A stretch of DNA of 64,000 nt. Source: an uncultured Acidobacteriota bacterium. Its GTDB lineage: Bacteria > Acidobacteriota > Vicinamibacteria > Vicinamibacterales > UBA2999. Of the stretch, positions 47,587 through 58,555 are shown in pieces (the first letter of the stretch is position 1; each line of letters begins with the position of its first letter). Under the pieces are notes generated by a model that saw nothing but the letters and a program-made list of their open reading frames with translations, was not told the DNA's origin and ran no database searches. Both the position numbers and the translations under genes were made by a program. The DNA lies in contig CAVRPA010000006.1 in the NCBI GenBank assembly GCA_963723005.1, positions 10,580 to 74,579 on the forward strand, given 5' to 3'.

Positions 47587-47683
47587 GCCGCGGCTGCAGC
47601 GCCATGGCGTCAGGCCAGGTCGAACGTCAGCTCACCCGGCTCGAGCCCGAAGCAGTCGGAGATGTCGCTGATCGTCCGGCGCG

Positions 47684-47712
47684 TGTGCATGGCGACGAAT
47701 GATACCTATAAT
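47684..47712 (+). promoter_or_regulatory. candidate promoter (perfect TATAAT) that could give a leaderless mRNA
   Basis: TATAAT at 47707-47712, with an ATG at 47720 located 7 nt after it. The -35 region (TGTGCA) is weak. Confidence 0.3.
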
Positions 47713-48694
47713 GCCCGCCATGAGAGGCCTCCTTCTGGCGCTGACGCTCGTGTCCTGGGTCGCCGCAACCCATCCCGTGGCCACGCAGTCGAAATACCAG
47801 GGCGCCGACGGGCGCGTGCGCGTGGCGCTATCGCGGCAACCGCTCTCGCCCACCGGCCCCTCGAAGGGTCCCGCGACGATGGCGGAGGGCGGCATTCAGG
47901 GGATCCTGAAGGAGATGGGCGCGACGGTCCGCGTCGAGGAAGCGCGCCTGACGCGCGAAGAAGAGACGGAGTACGGCGGCTGGAAGAAGCTGGGCATGTC
48001 CCTGGGCCACTTCGCCGATATCGTCTCGAAGAACGAGCGCGACGGATATCTGACGGTGGGACTGCTGGCCACCTGTCCGTCGATGCCGGGCCTGGTGGCG
48101 GGCCTGCAGCGATCGGGGCCGACGCCCGAGGCGATCAGGATCGGGATGCTGTGGCTCGACGCCCATCCCGATCTCAACACGCCTGAAACGACGCGCAGCG
48201 GCTCGCTCGGCGGCATGCCTGTCGCTGTGGCGACCGGACGGGCGCTCCAGGGCATGCGGCTGGATGCCAAGCTCGATCCGCCGCTACCGGACCGTCACGT
48301 GGTCATGGGTGGCGTGCGACTCACCGACCCGCTCGAGCAGCACCTCGTTGACACGTCGATGATCGAACAGCTCAGCGTGGATGACCTGCGCAACATGACG
48401 CCGGCGGTCTGGGCCGCACTCGATCGCCTGAACCGGACCACCGACAAGATCTACGTGCACATCGACATGGACGTGCTCGATCCGCGAGAGGTGATGGCGC
48501 ACGGCAACAAGGTGCCGGGCGGTCCCTCGAGCGAGGAACTCGCGCGCCTCTTCGAGCAGATCTTCACCCGCTACCCCAAAGCCTCCGCCATAGGATTTGC
48601 CACCATCCCGCCCACCGACGAGGGCGGACTGTCGATTGCGGCGCTGAACCGCATGATTGCCGCCGCGGTGCGCGGCGTGCAGGCGCGCAAGTGA
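47699..48694 (+). CDS. arginase/agmatinase/ureohydrolase-family protein with signal peptide
   Basis: 331-aa ORF. Motifs WLDAHPDLNTP and YVHIDMDVLDP. The true start may be the ATG at 47720 (MRGLLLALTLVSW). Confidence 0.7.
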   Translation: MIPIMPAMRGLLLALTLVSWVAATHPVATQSKYQGADGRVRVALSRQPLSPTGPSKGPATMAEGGIQGILKEMGATVRVEEARLTREEETEYGGWKKLGMSLGHFADIVSKNERDGYLTVGLLATCPSMPGLVAGLQRSGPTPEAIRIGMLWLDAHPDLNTPETTRSGSLGGMPVAVATGRALQGMRLDAKLDPPLPDRHVVMGGVRLTDPLEQHLVDTSMIEQLSVDDLRNMTPAVWAALDRLNRTTDKIYVHIDMDVLDPREVMAHGNKVPGGPSSEELARLFEQIFTRYPKASAIGFATIPPTDEGGLSIAALNRMIAAAVRGVQARK

Positions 48695-48730
48695 CGATGC
48701 GCTGACAGCAGGCCGGCCAACGCGCGGTGA

Positions 48731-49099
48731 TCAGGACGGCCCGAAGCTCCGAATCGCCTCTGCCTCCGACTCGAAGACCTCGAACACGGTGAACAGCCGG
48801 GCGATCTGCAGCAGCTCTTCGGCCTTCACCGTCGGATGCAACAGCTTCAGGGCGCCGCCCTTGCGCAACGCCGTCATGTACTTGCACACGAGCATGCCGA
48901 TGCCGGCGCTGTCGAGCCGCGTGACGCGCCGCAGGTCGAGCACAATCCGGTTGTGACCCTCGGCCACGAGCCGGTCAACGCAATCGCGCAGCGGAATCTC
49001 CCCTTCCTCGAGGACCAGACGGCCATCGAGCTCGAGGATGGTGACGTCATCCTCGACCCGGCGTTCAGTGATACTGATCGAAGCCACCTGACACCTCAC
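48731..49099 (-). CDS. STAS-domain anti-sigma-factor antagonist (SpoIIAA/RsbV-like)
   Basis: 122 aa. The pattern VTILELDGRLV..LDLRRVTRLDSAGIGML includes a candidate phosphorylatable Ser in LDSAG. Confidence 0.8.
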   Translation of the reverse strand: MRCQVASISITERRVEDDVTILELDGRLVLEEGEIPLRDCVDRLVAEGHNRIVLDLRRVTRLDSAGIGMLVCKYMTALRKGGALKLLHPTVKAEELLQIARLFTVFEVFESEAEAIRSFGPS

Positions 49100-49100
49100 C

Positions 49101-49949
49101 TCAATCGAGGTACTTGATGAACACCACTTCGTTTCGAGCCTCGTTGTAGATCAGCTCGTCCACCAGCGACTGCGTCATCATCAGCCCGAGGCCGCCGGGC
49201 CTCAGGCCCTGCTCCTCGCGGATGATCGCATGCTCGAGCGGAGAATCGACAGGATTGGCAATCGCGGCATGCTGCAGCTTGTCGATGTCGAAGCCGTCCC
49301 CCGGGTCGGCGATGCGGAACAGCAGCAGGCGCTTCGCGCGCAGGCACGAGATCCGGACCTTCCGGTCGGGATCGAGCTTGCCGCCCCACTCGATGGCGTT
49401 GTTCAGCAGCTCGCGGAACGCCTGCGCGACCGCCTCCTGGGCGGGTTCGGGCAGATTGGTTTCAAGCTGCAGCACGAACGACTGGATACGGTCGACCATC
49501 GCCAGCGTGCACGGCGCCACCAGCTCCACCCACTCCGGCCTCGCCGAGATCACTTCGATCGACATCTCCGCCGAGGCGGCCGCCTCGTCGATCACTTCGA
49601 CAATGGTGGCCGGGGCAAAGGGCTTGCGGAGGTAGCGGTGGGCCTGCCCGCGCACGGCCGAGAGCAAGGGGGCCGAGGTGTCGTCCGCCGTCATCATGAT
49701 CACGATCGGCGGCGCTGCCGCTCGTCGCGCGTGCGCCAGGATGTCGAGGCCGCTCGCGCTTGGCAGGTTGATGTCGAGCAGCACGATATCGAAGCCGCCC
49801 GCGTCCAGGTGCGCGAGCGCTTCAGGCCCATCGCCGGCCTGCTCGACGACGTGGCCGACGCCGATCAGCAGGGCGGACAGGACATGACGAAGTGCGCGAT
49901 CGTCATCGACGATCAGGATGCGCCGCCGGGAGCGAGTCGTCGCGGCCAT
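49101..49949 (-). CDS. response-regulator receiver fused to RsbW/SpoIIAB-like Ser kinase (HATPase_c_2)
   Basis: ATG at 49949 with AGGAGG upstream. REC motifs ILIVDDD and DIVLLDINLP. C-terminal motifs ELLNNAIEWGG and IADPGDGFD. The rest of the 875-aa track ORF is a shadow ORF. Confidence 0.8.
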   Translation of the reverse strand: MAATTRSRRRILIVDDDRALRHVLSALLIGVGHVVEQAGDGPEALAHLDAGGFDIVLLDINLPSASGLDILAHARRAAAPPIVIMMTADDTSAPLLSAVRGQAHRYLRKPFAPATIVEVIDEAAASAEMSIEVISARPEWVELVAPCTLAMVDRIQSFVLQLETNLPEPAQEAVAQAFRELLNNAIEWGGKLDPDRKVRISCLRAKRLLLFRIADPGDGFDIDKLQHAAIANPVDSPLEHAIIREEQGLRPGGLGLMMTQSLVDELIYNEARNEVVFIKYLD

Positions 49950-50021
49950 CGTCAAGCCCTCCTGATGTGAAGAAGCCCGGGTAGTGTAATACTGGCGACC
50001 GTCGATAGGTGAGGTGAACGC

Positions 50022-52983
50022 ATGGACGAGACGGTTCCGCGGGACGGTGCCGACGCCCTCGCCGACGCGGGCCCCTACCAGGGGATTCTCTACCAAACCG
50101 CCCGCGTCCTGGCGGAGGCGCCTACGCTCGCCGAAGCGGCGCCCCGTATGCTCGAGGCGGTGTGCCTGGCGCTCGGCTGGCAATACGGCGCCCTCTGGGA
50201 AGTCGACCACTCGCGCGATGTCCTGCAGTTCGTCGGGTTGTGGCAACCACCGTCCGCGCCGTTTGGCGAGTTCGCCGCCGTCTCCAGGAAATCGACCTTC
50301 AAGCCGGGAATCGGACTGCCAGGCCGGGTCTGGTCGTCCGGCGAACCCCTGTGGATCCCCGACGTCACCTGCGACTCGAACTTCCCGCGCGCCGCATCGG
50401 CCGAACAGTGCGGCCTGCATGCCGCGTTCGGCCTGCCGATCCGGAAGGGCCCGAAGGTCATGGGCGTGCTCGAGTTCTTCAACCGCGACATCCTCCAGCC
50501 CACGCCCGAACTGCTGGCGATGATCACGACCGTCGGCCGCCAGATCGGGCTGTTCATCGAGCGCAAGTGGGCGACCGAGGAGCTCGACCGCTTCTTCAGC
50601 CTGTCCCTCGACCTGTTCTGCGTCGCCACCTTCGACGGCTACTTCGTGCGGGTCAATCCCGCGTGGCACCGCGTGCTGGGCTTCGAGGACGCGGAGCTCT
50701 GCGCGGCGCCATTCATGGACTTCGTCCATCCCGACGATCGCGCCGCCACCGTCACGGTGCTTTCGGCACTGACGACCGGCGGGCACGTGATCGACTTCGA
50801 GAACCGGTATCGCGCGCGAGACGGCTCGTACAAGTGGCTGCAGTGGACCGCGGCTCCGTTTCCGACGCAGGGCCTCGTCTACGCCGCCGCCCGCGACGTC
50901 ACCGACCGCAAGAGCGCCGAGGCGGCGCTGCGAGTCTATGCCGACGAGATGGAGCGCGCCAAGATCGAGCAGGAGCAGAACGCCGAACGCCTCGCGCAGC
51001 TGGTCAAGGAGCTCGACGTGGCGAGGCAGATCGCGGTGCGGGCCGCCGGGGCCAAGGGCGAGTTCCTCGCCAACATGAGCCACGAGATCCGCACCCCGAT
51101 GAACGCGATCATGGGCATGACGGACCTCGCGCTCCGCACCCGCCTCACCCCGCAGCAGCGTGACTACATTCGAACGGCCCGGGAGGCGGCCGATGCGCTG
51201 CTGACGATTCTCGACGACATCCTCGACGTCTCGAAGATGGACGCCGGGCGCCTCACGCTCGATCGCGCGTCGTTCGATGTCCGAAACACCGTGGAAGACG
51301 GCGTCCGGCTGCTGGCGCCGCGGGCGGCCGAGAAGCACCTCGAGCTCGCCTGCCGCATCGCCCCGGACGTGCCCGACATGGTGGTCGGCGACTCGGGACG
51401 CCTGCGCCAGGTGATCCTCAACCTGGTCGGCAACGCGGTGAAGTTCACCGAAACCGGCGAAGTGATGCTCGACGTCGCCGTCGAACAGGTGACCGCCAAC
51501 GAAGTGGTTCTGCGGTTCCGCGTCACCGACACCGGCATCGGCATCGCGGAAGACAAGCTGTGGACGATCTTTGGCCCGTTCGTGCAGGCCGACGCATCGA
51601 CCACCCGGCGTTACGGTGGCACCGGCCTCGGGCTGACCATCTCCGCGCAGCTGGTGGAGCTGATGGGCGGGCGGATCTGGATCGAGAGCGAGGTGGGGAA
51701 AGGCAGCCGGTTCCACTTCCTCGCCCACTTCGGCCTCGCCCCGGTTTCAACTGAGCCGCTGGTGCCGCAGGCTGGCACCCTTCCGTATCTCCGCGTGCTG
51801 ATCGTTGACGACAACGCCACCAACCGCCTGATCCTCACCGAGATCCTGGCTGGCTGGAAGTTGCGGGCGACGGCCGTGGACAGCGCGATGGCGGCGCTGT
51901 CCGCGCTTGCCGCGGCGGCCGAGCATCGCGATCCGTTCGACCTGGTTCTGACCGATGCGATGATGCCCGACGTTGACGGCTTCACGCTGGCCAGGGAGAT
52001 CGCCGAGGACGAGCGGCTCGCGGCAACCAAAGTGATCCTTCTCACCTCCGCGGGGCTCGGTCGCTCACCGGCATCGGCAACCGCGGCGCGCTTCGACGCG
52101 CAGTTGTCCAAGCCCGTCAAGCAGTCCAACCTGATGGATGCCATCGTGACGCTGTTCGGGGTCCCCGGCTCCGACGCAGCCTCCGCGGACGGCGAACCCG
52201 GCCGCCGACGTCGGCCCCGGGCGCGCGCGCTCCGCGTGCTGGTTGCCGAGGACAACCTGACCAATCAGAAGCTGCTCCTCGCCCTGCTGAATCAGGGCGG
52301 CCATCGCGTCACGGTGGTCGGCAACGGCCGCGACGCCGTCGCGACGAGCGGCACGCAGCGGTTCGATCTGATCCTGATGGACGTCCAGATGCCGCAGATG
52401 GGCGGCCTGGAGGCGGCGTCCACGATCCGCGCGCGCGAACGCGACACCGGCGGGCACGTGCCGATCATCGCGTTGACCGCCCACGCGATGTCCGGCGATC
52501 GCGAGCGGTGTCTGGCCGCGGGCATGGATGCCTACGTCTCGAAACCGCTTCGGCCGGAGGAGCTCTTCTCGGCCATCGATCGGTTGCGGAAGCAGCGTCA
52601 GTCAGGGGCGGCGCCGGCCGCCGTCCCCGAGTCGCACCAGGGCCCGGCGGTGGACCGGGAGGCACTGCTCACGGCGTTTGGCGGACAGGCCACGCTGCTC
52701 AACGACTCCGCGGGCGTGTTCCTCACCGACGTGCCGCAGATGCTCGACCGGCTGACGAGCCGCGACGCAGGCCGGCGACCTGAACGAGATTGCCGCAGCG
52801 GCGCATGCCCTCAAGGGCGCCGCCGGACTCTTCTCACAGGGCGAGGCGTACACCAGTGCGCAACAGCTGGAAGTGAAGGCCAGCGCCGGAGAGCGGGAGG
52901 CCATCGACGGCGCGTGCGCCGAGGTCGAACAGGCGATGGCGATCCTGGTCGAAGAGCTGCGGTCGATGATCCAACAGACTTGA
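50022..52983 (+). pseudogene. hybrid histidine kinase GAF-PAS-HisKA-HATPase-REC-REC-Hpt, one frameshift before the Hpt domain
   Basis: Motifs [22 protein letters not shown], two REC domains (VLIVDDN and VLVAEDN), and Hpt [12 protein letters not shown]. The Hpt is readable only after a shift near 52755, with a stop at 52981-52983. Confidence 0.8.
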
Positions 52984-52990
52984 GCGGTCG

Positions 52991-53614
52991 CTACTGTCCG
53001 CCGCCTTTCGACGGCTTCGACAGATAGGCCTTCGACGCCGCCTCGTCCCTCAGCGGCGTCACCTTGTCGGGATCGATCCGCACCATCAGGTAGTCGATAT
53101 GGTCGTCGATCTTCGTGAACTGGTGCCCCGTTCCCGCCGGGATCACCACCACGTCACCGGCCTTGAGGTTGAAGGTCGCGCCGTTGCGGACCTCCGATCC
53201 GTTGTTGCCCGGTCCGTTGAACTCGCGCACCGTCTGCAGGGTGGCGGGCCGGCGCTGCCGGTTGGTGATGTCTGGCCCGACGACGAGCGTCGCCGAGCCG
53301 TCGATGATGTGGTACACCTCGCTGACCTGATCGTGCTCGGCCACCGAGTTCGGCAGCGGCCCATCGAGCTTGCCGCGGTGCACCATGCCGATGCCGACAT
53401 GAGCCTTGCCGATTTCGACGTCGCGCACCTGCTGGTCGGTGAGCTTCTCGGCGACCGCCTTGTTCGTGTACGCCTGCAGCTCGCTCGCCGCGATGTAGTA
53501 GCCAGGACACATCGCACAGGTTGGCTGTGGGTCCGTGGGATTGATCTTCGACTGCGCCACCAGCGCGGCGACGCTGCAGGCCACACCGACAAGTCCGATC
53601 ACGATGCTCTTCAC
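52991..53614 (-). CDS. secreted cupin-domain protein
   Basis: 207 aa. Signal peptide. Cupin motifs [18 protein letters not shown] and [14 protein letters not shown]. Confidence 0.7.
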   Translation of the reverse strand: MKSIVIGLVGVACSVAALVAQSKINPTDPQPTCAMCPGYYIAASELQAYTNKAVAEKLTDQQVRDVEIGKAHVGIGMVHRGKLDGPLPNSVAEHDQVSEVYHIIDGSATLVVGPDITNRQRRPATLQTVREFNGPGNNGSEVRNGATFNLKAGDVVVIPAGTGHQFTKIDDHIDYLMVRIDPDKVTPLRDEAASKAYLSKPSKGGGQ

Positions 53615-53758
53615 GCTGAACCTCCCCCGCGCCCGAAGGCGCCCTGCAGCCCATGCCGTGACTTTGGGTGACCGGCGTGAGCGGGCGGACTATAACAGAG
53701 TTGGCCACCGGCCCATCTCGTCGGCGTGCTATCTTCGCGTTCCGCCAGGGGGCATCGC

Positions 53759-55823
53759 ATGAAGCCAGAGATCGCACTCTCGCGCGGCGCGACCATCGCC
53801 GCGACCGGATTGCTCATCGTCCTGCTGGGGCTGCCGCTGGCTCCGCACGCCACCGATGCCCAGCGGCAGGACGCGCCCGCCGGGGAGTGGCGCTACATCG
53901 GCGGCGACGTCGCCCACACGCGGTACTCGCCCCTCGATCAGATCGACGCCACGAACTTCTCGAAACTCGAGGTGGCCTGGACCTGGCGGGGCGACAACTT
54001 CGGCCCTGCCGTGGACGTCCTCTTCCGGTCAACGCCGCTCTACGTGGACGGCCTGCTCTACACCGTCGCCGGCGAGCGGCGTGCGGTCGTGGCCATCGAT
54101 CCCGGCACCGGAGAGACCATCTGGACCTACCGCGAGCCACACACGACGCGCTTCGCGCGCGGCATGCGCAACAACTACGGCAAGGGCGTCGCCTTCGCCG
54201 AGGTCGGCGGGCGGAAGGTGATCTTCTACACCTCGCCGGCGTTCTTCCTGCATGCGCTCGACGCGAAGTCGGGGCAGCACCTGGACGACTGGGGCACGAC
54301 GGTGGCGCTGCCGGGCTTCCCGCGCTCAGGAGTCGTCGACATGCTGCCAGAACTGGTCAAGGACTGGGAGCCCTGGCTCACGTCCGGCTACAAGTACGAT
54401 CCCGATCACGGCATCCCTCGGGATCTCGGCAACCTGTCCACCTCGTCGCCACCCATCGTCGTCAACGGCGTGATCGTGGTCGGCAACGTGCACGAGCAGG
54501 GCTACTACCAGACGCGCATCGAGAACATCCCGGGCGACATCCTCGCCTTCGACGCGAAGACCGGCCAGCCGATGTGGAAGTTCCACGTCATCCCGAGGCC
54601 TGGCGAGTTCGGACACGACACCTGGAAGACCGACGCGTGGAAGCGCACCGGCGACGTGTCGTCGTGGGCGCCGATGTCGGCGGATCCCGAGCGCGGACTC
54701 GTCTACATCCCGACCAACCCGCCGACCATCGACTTCTTCGGCGGCTTCCGCCCTGGCGACAACCTGTTCGGGACCAGCCTGCTCGCGCTCGACGTGAAGA
54801 CCGGCAGGCGCGCGTGGCACTTCCAGATGGTGCATCACGACATCTGGAACTTCGACAATCCCAACGCCCCGGTCCTGATGGACGTCACCATCGACGGGCG
54901 ACGCACGCCGATCGTCGTCGAGACGACGAAGCAGGGCTTCGCGTACACCTTCAATCGTGAAACCGGCGCGCCGATCTGGCCGATCGAGGAGCGCCCGGTC
55001 GCCGCCTCGGATCTGCCGGGTGAACTCCTGTCGCCGACGCAGCCGTTCCCGACCAGGCCCCGGCCGCTGGAGATCCAGGAACTCACCGAGGACGCGCTCA
55101 TCGACTTCACGCCCGACCTGCGGAAGCAGGCGCTGGAGATCGTGAAGAGCTACAAGATCGGGCCGCTCTTCAATCCACCGATCCAGGTGGGCCATCCCTC
55201 CGGGCTTCGCTCGTTCGTCAGCTGTCCCGCGGGCGCCAGCAACATCAACGGTCCTACCGTCGCGGATCCCGAGGCGGGCGTCCTGTTCGTGACCACGCAG
55301 CGGTTGTGCCGGTCGGAGAACATGGTGCCGGGCGAGAAGATGGACGAGCCCGAGGATCCCAAGACCACGGGCCGCACGCGTCGCCCGCTGGGTGGTCGCG
55401 AACCGCGGCGATCTGCGAGGGCCAGAGGGCCTGCCGATCTGGAGGCCGCCGTACAGCCGCATCATCGCCATCGACATGAGCACCGGAAATTTTCTCTGGG
55501 AGATTCCCAACGGCGACACGCCGGAGCACATCCGGAACCACCCGGCCCTGCGCGGGCTGAACGTGCCCCCCACGGGGCAGATGGGACACGCCGTGATGAT
55601 GCCGACGAAGACGCTGTTGGTCACTGCGCCTGGCGGCGATCCCGTGCTGTACGCCGTGGACAAGAAGACCGGTCAGCGCGTCGGTACCGTCAAGCTGCCT
55701 GCACCAGGTCAATACGGCATGATGGGCTACCTGCACCAGGGCAGGCAGCACATCGTCGTCCAGGTCGGGAGCCCGACGCATCCCGGATCGCTCGTGGCGC
55801 TGCGGTTGCGCGACCGGTCGTAG
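53759..55823 (+). pseudogene. PQQ-dependent dehydrogenase paralog, one frameshift
   Basis: Signal peptide. Motif [26 protein letters not shown]. Break near 55375. The C-terminal 143 aa are in another frame. Confidence 0.8.
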
Positions 55824-55857
55824 GTCTCGACGCGGACTTCGTGCCGCCTCGGACCGC

Positions 55858-58381
55858 TCACTCCGACCGGATCGCCGCCATCGGCTCGATCGACGTCGCG
55901 CGCCGCGCTGCGGGGAGGCCCGCCAGTAACGCGACGGTAACGGCAAGCATCGATGCGCCGGCATAAATCACCGGCTCCATGACGCCGAGCGGTTCGGGGC
56001 CAACGGTGAGCGGCGTGCCCATCACGTCCTGCATGGTGCGAATCAGGACCGCCGCCAGGAGCAACCCTCCCGCGACGCCGGGAATCACGAGCTTGACGGT
56101 GTCCGAGAGCATCAGGCCGAACACGCGCCGGCGCGTCGATCCCAGCGCCATCCGTACGGCGAATTCGCGCGTGCGCGTTGCGACCATGAACCCCACGACG
56201 CCGAGGATGCCGAGCGCCGCGAGGACCAGCACCAGCCCGCCCGCAACGCCTACAGCGGTACCCTCGGCAACCAGATCCGCTTTGCTCTTCTCATCGAGCT
56301 CCGATCCGGTGACGATGCCCGGGAAAGCCACCCCTGGCAGCGGCTCGACGCCGAGCCCGCGGAGCGCCGTTTCGAGCGCCGACTTCAATCTCGGTTCGTC
56401 GCCCGGCTCGCCGCGCACGATCAGGTACACCGCCGGGGCGACGTTCTCCGCTGCCCTGGAGACGTCCGGCAGCGGGAGCAGGAGCTGAAGTCGCGTGGTG
56501 GTCAGCTGCGACGAGGCGAAGTCCCCGGTCACGCCGATCACGGTGAATTCCTGGTCACGGCCATCCTCGAGTGAGGCCGTCACGCGCTGCCCAATCGCGT
56601 CGGCGTCTGGGAACAGCTGTCGTGCGAGCGGATCGGAAATGACGGCGACCGCCGCACCCATCAGTCGGTCGTCAGCGGTAATCGTTCGACCGCGCAGCAG
56701 CCGTGCGCCGATCGTCTCGAGGAAGCCTTCGCCGACGCGCGTGACGTGCGCAGTGGCGAACGCCGCTTTGTCGGCGCTCGCGACGCGAAATTCCCGGTAG
56801 TCGAAATCAATGGGCATCCCGTCGGCGATCGCCACCGAGCGCACGCCGACCGCCTGCCTGAGACCGTCGACCGCCGACCGGATGGACCCGGAGTCCTGCT
56901 GCCTGTGCCGACGCGGGGACGCGCGCGCCAGCCAACCCATCGAGCGTCAACCCGTAATCGGCAGTCCGCACGCGATCGATCATCACGCCGCTGATCACGA
57001 GAAACGGCACGGCGATCCCGATCTGCACCATCGCCGCGATGCGATGCGCGCGAATCCTCTGGGTTCCGCCGCGGCCGGCATCGGCCTGCAGCGCCGGCAG
57101 CAGGCTGGGACGGCTGAAGCGAATGGCCGGCAGCAATCCGAAGAGCACACTGACCACGAGGCAGAGCCCCGCCGCAGTCAGGGCGCCGGTCGCATCGAAG
57201 TCGACCTCCGGCGGAACCGGGACGCCCATCCACCATCCGATCAGGGCGGGAATGCCAAACAGCACGACCGCACTGAGCGTGCCGGCTGCGCACGCCAGCG
57301 CGATCGCTTCGAAGAACAGATGCTGCACGAGCGTCCGCCGGTCCGCGCCCAGCGCGGCGCGAATCGACAGCTCGTGCGCTCGCGTGGCGCCGCGGACGAG
57401 CATCATCCCGGAGATATTGACGCAGACGATCAGCAGCACCGCTCCCGCCAGGCTGAGGAGGACGCTGAACACGCGCAACGAGTCCGGACGGCCAGCGGCG
57501 CCCAGCGACGCGTACGGCTCCACCGTGGCCGCCTTGAACTGGTTCGTCTCGGGATATCGGCTCGCCAACGTCGACACGGCCGACGACACCAGCCCGTTTG
57601 CCTGCGTGAGGGTCGCGCCTGGATGCAGCCGGCCGTGAATGCGCACCCATTCGGCGGTTCTGTCGTTTCGAAGATTCGGCTCCTGCCTCAGGCGCGGATG
57701 CCGTTCCAGCGGAACCATCAGCAGCGAAGGGGGCGATTGAACGAAATGGAAGTGGCCGCGAAAGTCCTCCGGCGTGATCCCGACGACGGTATGCGGCACG
57801 CCGTCGACCATCACGGATTTCCCGATGATGTCGGGATCGGCGGCGACCCGGCTCGTCCAGAAGTCATGGCTCAGGATGACGCGCGGCTCGGCCGACGGGG
57901 AGTCATCGAGCGCGGCGTCGAAACCGGGTCCACGCGCGAGCGACACGCCGACGGTACGGAAGTAGTTGGGCGACACGTACAAGGTCGCGACACGAGGGGG
58001 CGCCTTCTGGTCCGTCGTCGGCTCGCCAAATTCGCTGGATTCGAGGCTCCAGCCCGTGATGTCCATGCCGACGTCCGCGTCGCGCAGTGCCTGATAATCC
58101 GGGTAGGACCATCGTTCCAGCGCCCACACGCCGGCTTTTTCTCGCAGCGGACCCTCTGGAAGGACCAGCACCTCCACCAGCCCGTCGGTGTTGATGCCGC
58201 GCGCCGGAGCGGTAAGGGTGCGGCCCAACGTGGCAAGCGCCACGACCGCGCCCATGCCGATGCCGAGCGAGATGACGCAGACCAGCGTGAAGGCGCGCTC
58301 CTTGGCGAGCGTGCGCATGGCATGCACCAGATCGCGTCTGAGTGACTGAAGCGTATTCATGGAGAAAGAGTTCGCTTCCAT
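55858..58381 (-). pseudogene. second ADOP-type duplicated MacB/FtsX-like permease, one frameshift
   Basis: The N-terminal half (56807..58381) and C-terminal half (55858..56940) lie in different frames, with the break near 56900. The start may be at 58360. Confidence 0.8.
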
Positions 58382-58492
58382 GCGGTCGTGTAGCTTCGAC
58401 GGGCCGTAATTCTACAAAGTTCCATGGCGAGGTGCGCACAACTGGCGCCGAGCGCCGCCCGGCTGCGGGCACCGGGTGAGTACGGGATGATG

Positions 58493-58548
58493 GGCAAGGC
58501 AAAAGGCAAAAGGAAAGGCAGAAGGCAGAAGGCAGAAGGCAGAAAGGG
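58493..58548. repeat. purine-rich heptamer array, (GGCAGAA)x4 plus degenerate GGCAAAA units
   Basis: Four perfect GGCAGAA units at 58517-58544. Lies in the divergent intergenic region and ends 8 nt before the ATG at 58556. Confidence 0.9.
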
Positions 58549-58555
58549 AGTTGAG

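Noticed and set aside
49950-51728. Upstream 590 codons of the 875-aa minus-strand ORF 49101..51728.
   Set aside because: This part is antisense to the hybrid histidine kinase and has shadow composition. The real gene starts at the ATG at 49949, which has an AGGAGG site, and encodes a 282-aa REC-RsbW protein.
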